64,000 bases of DNA from positions 544,001 to 608,000 of the forward strand of contig JAVJQW010000023.1 in the NCBI GenBank assembly GCA_040218735.1, in the 5' to 3' direction. Shown here one piece after another: positions 38,501 through 47,586 of this stretch. Origin of the DNA: Deltaproteobacteria bacterium (GTDB lineage Bacteria; Myxococcota; Kuafuiibacteriia; Kuafuiibacteriales; Kuafuiibacteriaceae). Numbering within the stretch: the first letter of the stretch is position 1; the number at the start of each line of letters is the position of its first letter. The translations under genes were made by a program, and so were the position numbers. The notes under the pieces are model-generated. The model was given only the letters and a program-made list of their open reading frames with translations. It made no database searches and was not told where the DNA came from.

Positions 38501-39563
38501 CGCTCGGCACGAGCGCCTCGAGCTTCGGCTTCACCTGCGTTTCGGCCTCCGCGAAGATGCCGTCGAGCTTCTTGCCGAGGGCGTCGCGCAGCTTCTCCTC
38601 CTCCGTCTTGAACGTCTTCTTGTCCTGGTCGACCGCGGGGATCTGGGACGCGCGCGCCTCCAGCATGCGCTTCCGTGCTTCCTTCTCCGCCTTCGCAAAC
38701 GACGCGCTCGCGCCCGCACGCAGCTGCTTGTCGGTCTTGAGAACCGCCTTGGGCCCCTGCTTCGCGAGGTCACCGAACTGCGACTGTGCAGCCCGCGCGT
38801 TCGCCACCGGTCCGTCCTTCACGAGCGGCGCCATCTCGTGGTCGAGCTTGGCGTCCTTCGCCTTGGTGTTCAGCTTCGTCTGGTGGGCCGTGAGGGAGAC
38901 GTCGGCCTCCCGCACGGGGTCGGGCGTCGCCGTCTGCGCGTCGATCGCGGGGGTCTTCGGGGCGGCGTCGTGCGCGGTCAGCGGCGTGACCTTCTTCTTG
39001 CTCTGAACGCTGGGCCGCGCCTTGACCGCGCGCTGGTAGCTCGTCTGGGTCTTCGAAACCTCGACGTCGATGTCGTTGTTGAGCTCCTTCCCGGCCGCCT
39101 TCGCCATCTCCTTGGGGTCCGCCTTGCCGAGGTCGTCCTCGTCGGCGGGGCGCTTCAGCCACATCGCGATCTTCAGGCGCATCACCAGGGCTTGAATCTC
39201 GGGATCCGGTGGCTCGTGTTTCTCGATCGTCTCCGCGTGGCCTTCGAGGGCCCGCCCGTCGACCTCCTTCTTCGGTTCGACGACCGCCGCCCGCGATGCG
39301 GCGACGGAGGTCTTCGTCGTCTCGTGGGACCCCTCGGCGATGCGTTTCTGATCCGCGCGGTGTTTGACGGATTCGACGCGCTTGCGCTCTCGCGCGGAGA
39401 GTCGCGTCGGATCCCGCTTCGGCTTCTTCTTCTTCGCGACGACCTTCCGCTTGGGGGGTCGGCTCGCCGACTTGTCCCGGCCGCGCGCCGGTGCCTTCGG
39501 CTTGGCCGCACGCTTCGGCGTGTCCTTCTTGGCGGCGCTCGGAGCCTTGGCTGACGCTCTCAT
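35559..39563 (-). CDS. Large Lys-rich eCIS-associated protein (1334 aa), putative cargo/effector
   Basis: Basic low-complexity N-terminus, coiled coils, amphipathic core (HLIKGLLEWL; LIAMFNPVGAIIQAVEMIYKVVSWIIDNA), unrecognised C-terminus; follows the AAA ATPase by 6 nt. Confidence 0.7.
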   Translation of the reverse strand: MRASAKAPSAAKKDTPKRAAKPKAPARGRDKSASRPPKRKVVAKKKKPKRDPTRLSARERKRVESVKHRADQKRIAEGSHETTKTSVAASRAAVVEPKKEVDGRALEGHAETIEKHEPPDPEIQALVMRLKIAMWLKRPADEDDLGKADPKEMAKAAGKELNNDIDVEVSKTQTSYQRAVKARPSVQSKKKVTPLTAHDAAPKTPAIDAQTATPDPVREADVSLTAHQTKLNTKAKDAKLDHEMAPLVKDGPVANARAAQSQFGDLAKQGPKAVLKTDKQLRAGASASFAKAEKEARKRMLEARASQIPAVDQDKKTFKTEEEKLRDALGKKLDGIFAEAETQVKPKLEALVPSALKQWDDGIKPLSENFERTLKRVDKHIKKRKDSTLSSIRDFFVGLPGWIVRLYERAEQDFVNGASKLALTISSWVRGVIKTCRKLIKDARTKIKTELSKVPKGMENFVLEQQAKFDKKFKKLETDVENTRKDFNKQLGNRLKRTVAEKRAKITKLREMSKGLFQKFADFVSEFMDDPLRAMVNGLLRILGIPPPTFWGLVRRFAAVVDKIADKPKKFANNVVKALKKGFEQFKANIGKHLIKGLLEWLTSKLKDVGVEVPTEFSVKAVLKLILQILGISWPRIRTKLVKYIGEKNMRRIEMALEFVTILMKEGWEGLWKLLQDKINPETIVNTVMAAIKDYIVTTIVKVATARLIAMFNPVGAIIQAVEMIYKVVSWIIDNAAKIFSLIDAVVTGAASIMSGAIGAAANLIEQALAKLVPIVIDLLAKILGLGGLPDKVKQIVGGLQAMVDRALDKAIAWIATKIGLAKPGESPAKENSAIGEVVPVPAPGGDHKMYFVRRGDDAVPMVASYPMEVRARLDQFTARLDEIHDVSRRSKARAEIKKAKRLVILADDTADATVRAFRTAEGAARGRYQKDLVRRQQSLAYVLSTIYRYFGEHPGATELPLRAKYKAGELSFRKTKRSTHVMISGQRGVVSATKSPNRLTTTAKRFETIARRQKALIKADTVANGAAKVREKAAQVDREAHALVSGKKGAPTLKEVTDHFGALVPGVNIMAAYTVVSLGKILQRAVDNVVTQISKSAPKGKRYRTAAKARHMIERTRRKALAATGTRNDKGQLREKPKLPVEGLTGATDVPKSAVTVVDSKAEEVAGIGTYDDINATLAKLSKVQAEKLRKRLQGHPIQIDGEIDVTLKGRVQEDQSFNLMVERLETLIHVEFSREGSAWELVLENIANAESGPDLVKVFQTSVLPHVMKQFVSKHERRSAAIMTEAARKLVKKHGLQLEKELGQNVVVLPDQMHKHILELERALKKKYESQS

Positions 39564-39569
39564 GTCGAA

Positions 39570-41474
39570 TCAGTGCAGCGGCGCCATGAAGGCCTCGAGC
39601 TCCCCGCGGGCGTAGAGGCGGTCCATCTTCTCCAGCTCGCGCGCGATCGCCCGCCCGAGGTGTCGTCGACCGATCGCGACGTCCTCCGCGGCCGCGAGGT
39701 ACGCCGCCTTCGTCACGATGCTCTTGATCGCCCCCCCCGACAGCTCGAACTTCTCCGCGAGCACCTGCACGTCGACGTCCGCGTCCACCGGCGCCTCCGG
39801 GGGGAACGTGATGCTCCAGATTCGTTCGCGCGCCGCGAGGTCCGGCGCGGGGAACTCGACGACGTGGTGGAGCCGGCGCAGGAACGCCTCGTCGATGTTG
39901 GACTTCATGTTCGTCGTCAACACCGCGACGCCCGGGTACTCGTCGAGGCGCTGGAGCAGATAGTTGACCTCCATGTTGGCGTAGCGGTCGGTCGCGGTGC
40001 CGATGCTCGTTCGCTTTCCGAAGAGGCTGTCGGCCTCGTCGAAGACCAACACGGCGGGGGCGCGTTCGACCTCGTCGAAGAGTCGCGAGAGCGCCCGCTC
40101 GCTCTCGCCTACCCACTTCGACACGATCTTGGCCGTGTCGATCCGGAGGAGCGGGAGCCCCAGCGTCGTGGCGACGACTTCCGCCGCGAGTGTCTTGCCG
40201 GTCCCCGACGGCCCGTAGAACAACGACTTCACGCCGCGACCGAGCTGGTGGTGTCGCGCGAAGCCCCACGCCTCGTCGACCTGTTCGCGACGCTCGACCT
40301 GCGCGCACATCGTTCGCAGCGCGTCGACCGCGGGGTCGGGCAACACGATGCGGTCCCAGCCCACGTTGCGCATCCGACGCTCTCCGAAGGTGCGGCGGTG
40401 TTCGTCGGCCTGCAGCCGACACGCCCGATCGATGTCGTCGCCGTCGAACTGCGCGGCGGCCCGTCGGATCTCCTCGGCGCCGAACGTGTAGCGCTCACTC
40501 GCCCACCGCACCCGGTCGTCCTCGGCGTCGAGGCTCGTGTAACCCGCCCAGAGCCGCCGTCGCTCGGCGACACCCAACGCGGCGAGCTCCACGCGAGCCA
40601 ACGGCACTTCACGCAGCGCGTTCGGCAGACGATCGTCCTCCTCGAGGACGACACACAGCGGGACGCCCTCGGGTACTCGATGCAGAGGCCCCGTGACGAG
40701 GAGGCGCGCGTCGAGGATCCTCGCGTCGCGCTCCGCGATCGCCAGCGCGTCCGCCGGTCCGCCCTCGCCCACGTGGAGGTGGAGCAGCGCACGCCCCTCG
40801 TCGCGCGCGATCTGCAGCGCGGCGCGGACCGCGTCCTCGCGGTGCCGACCCCAGAACAGGACGTGACGCCCGCCCACGTGCGCCGTGCGCCGGACGTCGA
40901 CGTCGTCGAGCGGCCGATCCGGCACCACCGTCAGCGACGCGCCGTCCGACTCGAGCGGGGGCATCGCTCCGCTCGCGACGAACGCGACGAGGCGATCGTC
41001 GAGCGCCAAGAGCGCGTCCGGGCCGCTTCGATCCTTGTCGACGACCCCGTAGCGAACGAGTGCCCCTGACCCCGCGAGCGCGCACGCCACGCCCCGAGGG
41101 TCCAGCGCCCACGCGAGCGCAGCGTGGGACGGGCGGTCACGCGCGAGGTCACCGTGGAGGTGCCCAATCAGCTCGCCGATGGCGGGTTCGAGGGACCACG
41201 CGACGAGGAGTCGGAGCACGTCGCGCTCCGACCGCTCCAACGTCAACCCCTCCTCGATCCGCGCGAGCGGGTGCTCCGGCTCGAGCTCGACCTCGCCATC
41301 GAGCAGCACGCGCGCCTCGAACGCCGCGCCATCACGGTCCAGACCACGCGCCCCCCCGGCCTCACACGTCGCGAGCAACGTGTGGAGCTCGTCGTCCGGA
41401 CCGAGGCGTCGTGTGATCGCCTCGTGGAGCGCGCGCGCTGCGAACCGGCGGGTGGTGTCGAGGACCGAAGTCAT
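39570..41474 (-). CDS. eCIS AAA+ ATPase (Afp15/Pvc15-like)
   Basis: LFYGPSGTGKTLAAEV, IVSKWVGESE, VLVFDEADSLFGKRT, DRYANMEVNYLLQRL, IDEAFLRR, FELSGGAI. Confidence 0.95.
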   Translation of the reverse strand: MTSVLDTTRRFAARALHEAITRRLGPDDELHTLLATCEAGGARGLDRDGAAFEARVLLDGEVELEPEHPLARIEEGLTLERSERDVLRLLVAWSLEPAIGELIGHLHGDLARDRPSHAALAWALDPRGVACALAGSGALVRYGVVDKDRSGPDALLALDDRLVAFVASGAMPPLESDGASLTVVPDRPLDDVDVRRTAHVGGRHVLFWGRHREDAVRAALQIARDEGRALLHLHVGEGGPADALAIAERDARILDARLLVTGPLHRVPEGVPLCVVLEEDDRLPNALREVPLARVELAALGVAERRRLWAGYTSLDAEDDRVRWASERYTFGAEEIRRAAAQFDGDDIDRACRLQADEHRRTFGERRMRNVGWDRIVLPDPAVDALRTMCAQVERREQVDEAWGFARHHQLGRGVKSLFYGPSGTGKTLAAEVVATTLGLPLLRIDTAKIVSKWVGESERALSRLFDEVERAPAVLVFDEADSLFGKRTSIGTATDRYANMEVNYLLQRLDEYPGVAVLTTNMKSNIDEAFLRRLHHVVEFPAPDLAARERIWSITFPPEAPVDADVDVQVLAEKFELSGGAIKSIVTKAAYLAAAEDVAIGRRHLGRAIARELEKMDRLYARGELEAFMAPLH

Positions 41475-41478
41475 GGCC

Positions 41479-42162
41479 TCAGGCGTCGTCGTCCGTCGAG
41501 GGCGTTTCCGTGGTGGTGTCCGTGCTCGGCGGAGGCGGCGGCGCCAACACCTCCTCGGCCGCCTTGCGCTCCTCGTTCAGGCTCTCGAGCTTCGACTTCG
41601 CCGACGCGAGCCGTGTCCCGATCGTCGCGTTCTCCTTTTCACGATCCGCGACCAGCGCCTGGGCGACGGCGATCTCTTCGTCGAGCGCAGCGATGCGCGC
41701 ACGCGCGCCCTCTTTGGCCTCGGACGCCTCGTACGCTTCTTTCGTCGACGCAAACGTCTTCTCCGCCTCATCCGCCGAACCGGCTGCCTTGGCTTCGGCC
41801 TCCGCCGCGGTGACGGCATCTTTCAGCGGCTTCACGACGTCCGGCGCGGAGCCGTTGGCTTCGGCGATGGCCACACGGCGCTTCGCCTCGGCGACCTTCG
41901 ACTGCTTCTCCGCGATGTCGAGGACGCGCTTGGCGGCCTCGTGCCACTTCGTCGCGTCCGACGCGACGGACGCGAGCGTCGTCGCGCGCGTCTCGTCGTC
42001 GGCGAGCTCCTTCTTGGCCGCCTTCAGCTGCGCGTTCAGCGCCGCCACGGTCTCCTTGCGACGCTTGCATGCGTCCTCGACGTTCTTGTGGGCGACCGTC
42101 GCCTCCCAACACTTCAGACGTGCTTCGTCGTACCGGGTGCGCGCCCGCTCTAGATGCTCCAT
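41479..42162 (-). CDS. Ala/Glu/Lys-rich coiled-coil protein (227 aa)
   Basis: GGAGGAGG before ATG 42162; heptad-rich sequence with Pro/Thr/Asp tail. Confidence 0.75.
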   Translation of the reverse strand: MEHLERARTRYDEARLKCWEATVAHKNVEDACKRRKETVAALNAQLKAAKKELADDETRATTLASVASDATKWHEAAKRVLDIAEKQSKVAEAKRRVAIAEANGSAPDVVKPLKDAVTAAEAEAKAAGSADEAEKTFASTKEAYEASEAKEGARARIAALDEEIAVAQALVADREKENATIGTRLASAKSKLESLNEERKAAEEVLAPPPPPSTDTTTETPSTDDDA

Positions 42163-43799
42163 GCCTGTCCTCCTCCGTCGCTCGCGACGAATACGATGTT
42201 GACGGATCGCTCTTCGAACCACGGCACCGCCGCGACGTCGCGCAGCATGTCGGCGAAGAGAAGATCCACGTAGCCGGGCGGAAACTCGAGGCGCACCTCG
42301 AGTGACTCCGCTTCGAGATTGAACGTTCCGCGCGTGCGCAGGATGGCTTCGACGAGCTCGCGGTCGACGAGGCGCCGCGTCACCTCCGCCTCGATCTGCT
42401 CCCCGAGCCGCTCGCCGAAGGCTTCGGGGGCTCGCACCGTCGACGACGACGCCACCCACGCCAGCTCCTCCTCGTCGGGGCAGACCTCGAGTCCCCCGAG
42501 CAGCCACACCGCGGGGTCGTCGATCGGGATCGAGAGGCTCCGCGCCAGAGCACGGAACGCAAAGGCGGCGACCGCGACGTCACCGTTTTGCGCGGCCTCC
42601 GCCTCGGGCGTCGTCAGATCCAACAGCGGCCCGAGCACAAAAACCAGGCCGGCGGCCCGTGAGAAGATCGCCTCGCCCTCGGCGGCGGCCTCGGGGACGA
42701 TCTCGGACGGCGCTTCGACCTCACACAGAAGCTCCGCCTCGGCGGCGGTTGCGCTCGAGACCGGAACCGACGCCGACGGGGGCGCCTCCGGCCGCGACGC
42801 GTGGTCATCCTCGACCACGTCCTCGCTCCCCGACGGTGCGTCGCTCGGCGGATTGTCGACGTCGAGCGACGCTTCCGCGGTTCGATGTGCGTCCGCCGTC
42901 GGGCGCGGGCTCGTAGCGTCGGTGGTCGTGGCCGTCGCCGGCACCACGGTCGGGTCCCCGCCCTCGAACTCCACCGTCCCAGTGTCGAGCAGACGCGGCG
43001 AGAGCCGCGCGAGCAGCGCGACCCGAAGGAGTCGCATCCAAGCGACCTTCTCCGTCGACGGCAGCGGCCCCGCTTCCGCGACCGCCTCGAGCGCGACGAC
43101 GAGTCGATCCACCCGAGCTGCGAGCTGCCGTCGCGTCTCACGCACACAACCGCGCTCGAACGCGGGTGCAGCGCTTCGTCGTCGCCGATGCGTCAGCTCC
43201 TCCTGCACCCGCCTCCACAGCGCTTCGGCCATCCCGGCGTGAGGCAACGCCGTGAGCACGTCCCAGCGGTGCCGCCGAAGCAGTCGAACGATCTGCGGCA
43301 GCGGTGCCTCGGACGACCACAACGCCTCGACGAGGGCCTCGACCGAGGTGTCGTCGACGCCGATGTCCATCACGGCGAGCGCGCGAAGGGCCGCTCGCGG
43401 CGAGCCCGAGTCGGCGACGCGCTTCGCGATCGTGACGAGCCGCTCAGCACGGGCTCGCGTCGTTTCGGGCACAGTGGTCGAAACGGGGTCGCGCTCCTCC
43501 GCGATCGCGGGCAACGCGCTGACGTCCATCGGCGGCAACGTCGCGATGATCTGCATCGCGATCTCACGACCGATGCGTTCGACGAGCGTCCCGAACGACG
43601 CATCGCCCGCGTGGATCTGCAGGTCCAAGCGAAGGGTCGGGATGACGATCGGCCGGTGCATCGCCTCCAGCCGCTGGTCGAGCTGCCGCTCGACCTCGGA
43701 GAGGATCTTCATGACGAAGTCCTCCGCGTCGACGACGTGCCGGGCCGAGACCCCGCGCACCTCGAGACGCCCGCGTCCGATCACGACCTCCCGCGCCAC
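42150..43799 (-). CDS. CIS tape-measure-like protein (Afp14 positional equivalent)
   Basis: N-terminal IPTLRLDL; C-terminal SRAAGLVFVL and DMLRDVAAVPWF...VNIVF resemble CIS tape-measure termini; sits between fibre and ATPase genes. Confidence 0.6.
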   Translation of the reverse strand: MAREVVIGRGRLEVRGVSARHVVDAEDFVMKILSEVERQLDQRLEAMHRPIVIPTLRLDLQIHAGDASFGTLVERIGREIAMQIIATLPPMDVSALPAIAEERDPVSTTVPETTRARAERLVTIAKRVADSGSPRAALRALAVMDIGVDDTSVEALVEALWSSEAPLPQIVRLLRRHRWDVLTALPHAGMAEALWRRVQEELTHRRRRSAAPAFERGCVRETRRQLAARVDRLVVALEAVAEAGPLPSTEKVAWMRLLRVALLARLSPRLLDTGTVEFEGGDPTVVPATATTTDATSPRPTADAHRTAEASLDVDNPPSDAPSGSEDVVEDDHASRPEAPPSASVPVSSATAAEAELLCEVEAPSEIVPEAAAEGEAIFSRAAGLVFVLGPLLDLTTPEAEAAQNGDVAVAAFAFRALARSLSIPIDDPAVWLLGGLEVCPDEEELAWVASSSTVRAPEAFGERLGEQIEAEVTRRLVDRELVEAILRTRGTFNLEAESLEVRLEFPPGYVDLLFADMLRDVAAVPWFEERSVNIVFVASDGGGQAWSI

Positions 43800-43802
43800 G
43801 GC

Positions 43803-45764
43803 TCACCCCACGCTCACGAGCACACGAACGACGTTGCCGTTGACCGCGGTCAACGCGGTCCCGACGACCTTGGTGGCCGAGGTGCCCGCCTTGACGGTGC
43901 CCTTCGTCCCCGCGGCCGTCGACAGCACGACCTTCTTGCCGGCCTGGATGTTGTGGCCCGCGTCGACCTCGACGTCGATCGCGCCGCCGACCGCCACCAG
44001 GAGGTCTCCGCTGCTGTGCGCGCCCGCGCCGACCCCCACCGGTCGGTCACTCCCTCCCACGCGACCGATGAACGCGCCGGTCCCGTCGAAGCCGACGAAG
44101 TGGTTGTCGTACGTGGGCAGGTGCGGAACGCCGTTGAGCCGAACGCAGATCGCCTGCACGACGACGCGGCCGTCGAAGCCGACGTCCTGGTTGAAGTTCG
44201 CCGCACCGAGGAACGACGCCGCCTGCCCGAACTGCACCGCGCCGTTGAAGACTGTGGACTGCAACGTCGTGTTGCCCTGGAAGACGGCGTTTGTCTGGAA
44301 CGTGGCGGTGCCCGTGAACGTCGTCGCGGGGAGTGTCATCGTCGCCCCCGCGCCGAAGCCAACACCGCTGTCGAACGTGACCGTGTCTTCGAACGTCACG
44401 GGCTTCTCGAACGTCGACGTGCCCTCGAACAGCGCCTGGTTCTTGAACGTCGACTTCAACTTGAACTGCGTCTGGTCGTCGAACACGGCGAGTTTGTCGA
44501 CGTTGAGCCCGCCCTCGATCTGCACGGCCTCCTCGACGAGGACCGACCCCTTGACCTCCAGCGCGTGCGCGCCGGTGGCGACCGCGTCCTTGACGATCCG
44601 CGTCCGGCCGCTCACGACGAGCGCGTCAACCGGGATGGCGGGGTTCGTCGCCTCGAACTTGATCGTCGTCGTCGCGCCCTCGACGTCGAGCCCCTTCGTC
44701 GCCTTCACGGGCGCGGTCGTGAACACCGCCGCACCCGCGGTGAGCTTCGCGCCCGAATCGATCGTGACGTCCTTCTTTGCGTCGATGACGTCTTTGGTGG
44801 TGAGCTTTCCCTCGACGTCCGTCACGCCGAGGGTGGCGAGACCCGCGACCTTCAACTTCTCGGGTACCTGCAGCTCCGCGCCCCCCGCGCCGACCCGGGC
44901 CGCGAGCGCCGTCTTGGCGTCGGCGCCGTCGCAAATGTCGATCACCACGCCCGGATCGATCGCGCCGCCGCCGGGGTCGTAGGCGACCTTGGCGCTGATC
45001 GACCCGTCGTCGGTGAGGACGAGGCCGCTACGCACGACGAGCGGGTCGTGGAAGTACACACCCTTCTCGCGCCCGATCTCGAAGGCCACGGAGGTCTCCG
45101 TCGCCGTCTGCGCGACGGAGTCCGTGTTGCGGAGCGGGTGCGTGAACGTCGCGCCGGTGACGCCGATGACGTCGACACCTTCGTTGGAGACGTCCTCGCC
45201 CAGCCCGCAACCTACCTTGCGCGTCTGCTTGACAACCTTCAGTTCGTCTTCGAGCGTTCGGTGCACGATGCCGAGACACACGCGCCGGTCCGCTCCGGGT
45301 CGCGTCACGTCGGCGGGGAGCGATGCATGCGGTTCGAGGAGCGCCTTTCGGCGGAGCACCTTGGACGCCCCTTCCTTCTCGAAGGCCTTGATCGCATAGG
45401 CCTCCTCGACACGCGGATCGAGGGCGCGGTTGCAGTACGTGAACTCGCTGTTCTGGCGTTGCTCCTCGGCGAAGTAGAGAAAGACCTCGAACTTCGTGTC
45501 TGGATCGCCTTCCACGAGATCGGCAATGTTGACCGGCTCACGAACCACGATGGCCTTTCCGTCCGGCCCGTACGCGACCCCCGGACTCACGACCGGAGAC
45601 GCCCCCACCATCTCGAGCTCCAGACCCCACGCGACGCCGTAGAGATCACGAGCCAGCGAGCGTCGCTCGAGCGCCGCGCGGAAGTACGTCTGGTCGTCGT
45701 CGAGCTCGTCGGCGCCCAGCGGCATCCCGTCGATGTAAAGGGTTCGAACGTTGTCATTCGCCAC
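43803..45764 (-). CDS. Tail fibre-like protein: baseplate-attachment module, beta-repeat shaft, small C-terminal beta domain (~653 aa)
   Basis: GTG 45764 with GAGGAG; N-terminal YIDGMPL..DELDDDQTY...GVAWGLEL...VSPGVAY; hexapeptide repeats TFEKPV TFEDTV TFDSGV etc. Confidence 0.7.
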   Translation of the reverse strand: MANDNVRTLYIDGMPLGADELDDDQTYFRAALERRSLARDLYGVAWGLELEMVGASPVVSPGVAYGPDGKAIVVREPVNIADLVEGDPDTKFEVFLYFAEEQRQNSEFTYCNRALDPRVEEAYAIKAFEKEGASKVLRRKALLEPHASLPADVTRPGADRRVCLGIVHRTLEDELKVVKQTRKVGCGLGEDVSNEGVDVIGVTGATFTHPLRNTDSVAQTATETSVAFEIGREKGVYFHDPLVVRSGLVLTDDGSISAKVAYDPGGGAIDPGVVIDICDGADAKTALAARVGAGGAELQVPEKLKVAGLATLGVTDVEGKLTTKDVIDAKKDVTIDSGAKLTAGAAVFTTAPVKATKGLDVEGATTTIKFEATNPAIPVDALVVSGRTRIVKDAVATGAHALEVKGSVLVEEAVQIEGGLNVDKLAVFDDQTQFKLKSTFKNQALFEGTSTFEKPVTFEDTVTFDSGVGFGAGATMTLPATTFTGTATFQTNAVFQGNTTLQSTVFNGAVQFGQAASFLGAANFNQDVGFDGRVVVQAICVRLNGVPHLPTYDNHFVGFDGTGAFIGRVGGSDRPVGVGAGAHSSGDLLVAVGGAIDVEVDAGHNIQAGKKVVLSTAAGTKGTVKAGTSATKVVGTALTAVNGNVVRVLVSVG

Positions 45765-47586
45765 GGCCGCTCTCCTCTTCGTCGAGCTCCGGCGTCTCCA
45801 GGCGCTCGTCGGCCTCCACCGGCCGGAACGAGTCGAACTCATCCTCCAGACCGCGCTCCTTCAGGAAGGACTGGAGTCGACTCGCCTCGCGTGTCGCGGA
45901 CTCCACCACGTCGAAGTCCTTGAAGTACCGCCCCGCGACCTCGAGCCAGTCGCGTGACAGCTCGCGATCCAACGCCGCGTAGACCCGTTCGACGAGCTTC
46001 TTGCCGTCGCTCCACGACACCAACTCGAAGTCCGTCGTGTCGTGGGCGACAAACGCCTCCTCGATCACCGCGAGCGCCTTGTCGCGCGCCGTGAGGTCCT
46101 CCGTCGCGTCCGGCGCGATCATCGCCAACGCACGTTCGACACGCGGCCGGCGCTCCAGCGTCCCGAGCGCCTCCGCGCGACGCTGCTCGATCGCGTCGGC
46201 CTCGACCGTGTCCGGGACCCTCCCGTTCACCGCGTAGCTGATCTTCAGCAGACGATCGATCGGGACGTCGGCGACACGCTGGTAACCTTCGACGACCAGC
46301 GCATACGCGGCCTCCTTCGTCGCAGTCTCGCGGACCTTCGCGGGGGCCGTCGCCCCGGTGACGATGTTCGCGATGACCTCGGCCTTGTCGCGGCTCGGCT
46401 CACACTGATCACCGCAGTCGACCTTCCACGCTTGCGGCGGCTCCGGGCTCGTCTCGTAGGTCTGCGGCTCGCAGAGCTGTCGACGAATCACCCAGGCCAA
46501 CAGGTACGTCAGGTCCGCGTTCGACAGCACCCGTCGTCGAATCGGCCGCACCGCGACACCGCTCTGCGTCCCCTGGGTCTTGAACAGCACGTGCGCCAGC
46601 AGGACGATCGGCTGGCCTCGACACGGCTGACACGCCACGCCCGAGATCACGTCGATCATCGCCGCCACGGGGTTGTCGCAGCACACCGCCTGACGTGCGT
46701 TCGGCGCCATCACCGTCGCGGGCTCCTTGTCGAGGATCCGCTGCGCGTTGCGGTCCACGTTCCACAGCTTTCGCAGCGCGCGGCTGTAGTGGGCGACGCC
46801 CGCCGCTCCGCGCAGCCCGGTGTCGGGCGTGCACTCGTCGAGGAGCGGCTCGAAGACGTCACACGGATCGTAGATCTCGGACTGCGCCTCCGGCAGGTCG
46901 TCGCACGGATCCGGGAGGCAGCCCGTCACCCAGAAGATGTGGTCCTTCGGGGGCACCTTCTTGATCCAGACGAAGCGCGCGCGCTCCTGCACACGCGTGT
47001 GATCGCAGCCGGGGTCCTCGGACGGACCGCACGGCGTCGTGTAGCGAGGCTTCGCCGCGTCGAGGCAGTCGTCGTAGACGAGCCCGAGGTACCACCCCGC
47101 CGTCGACGGCGGCTCTTCACACGGTTCACAAGGATCGTTGAGCTCGGAAAGATCCGGGCGGCCGAACTGCATCCATCGGCCGCTCACGAGCGGGCGGCCT
47201 TTTGCGTCGTAGGCGACGCCGGGCCCGACCTCGATCTTGCAGCTCTCCTCGTCGATTCGGATCGGATAGCCGCAGTACACGCCCCACCCGCCGATGACGG
47301 AGCTCGCGAGGTGCTGCTGGCTGCGGTGGTACGTGACGGCGGCGGAGAGGTCCGCGTCGGTCACGAGCTGCCCCGGGAAGTAGCGCGGTCGCGGCGCGAG
47401 GCACGCCTCCGTGGGTACGCCGTGGTAGCCGCTGGACTCTTCCGTCCCGGAGGTGCACGCGGACGACGCCGAACCCGAGCCGCACGAGGAACCTCCGCAG
47501 CCGCAACCGCCGGCCGACTTCGACGAAGCGCTCGTACCCGAGCACCCACATGAGCGCGTTTCTGACTTGGTGATCTGTCGGTTCAC
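45754..47586 (-). CDS. Cys-rich eCIS baseplate/fibre-attachment family protein (610 aa)
   Basis: RPRYFPGQLVTDADL...GWGVYCG...VGPGVAYDAKGR; CGC motifs in the N-terminus and many Cys-Pro clusters. Confidence 0.7.
   Translation of the reverse strand: MNRQITKSETRSCGCSGTSASSKSAGGCGCGGSSCGSGSASSACTSGTEESSGYHGVPTEACLAPRPRYFPGQLVTDADLSAAVTYHRSQQHLASSVIGGWGVYCGYPIRIDEESCKIEVGPGVAYDAKGRPLVSGRWMQFGRPDLSELNDPCEPCEEPPSTAGWYLGLVYDDCLDAAKPRYTTPCGPSEDPGCDHTRVQERARFVWIKKVPPKDHIFWVTGCLPDPCDDLPEAQSEIYDPCDVFEPLLDECTPDTGLRGAAGVAHYSRALRKLWNVDRNAQRILDKEPATVMAPNARQAVCCDNPVAAMIDVISGVACQPCRGQPIVLLAHVLFKTQGTQSGVAVRPIRRRVLSNADLTYLLAWVIRRQLCEPQTYETSPEPPQAWKVDCGDQCEPSRDKAEVIANIVTGATAPAKVRETATKEAAYALVVEGYQRVADVPIDRLLKISYAVNGRVPDTVEADAIEQRRAEALGTLERRPRVERALAMIAPDATEDLTARDKALAVIEEAFVAHDTTDFELVSWSDGKKLVERVYAALDRELSRDWLEVAGRYFKDFDVVESATREASRLQSFLKERGLEDEFDSFRPVEADERLETPELDEEESGRGE

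Noticed and set aside
36165-39554. 1129-aa plus-strand ORF (similarly 42801-45923, 43252-44982, 58683-61079)
   Set aside because: Antisense shadows of well-supported minus-strand genes.
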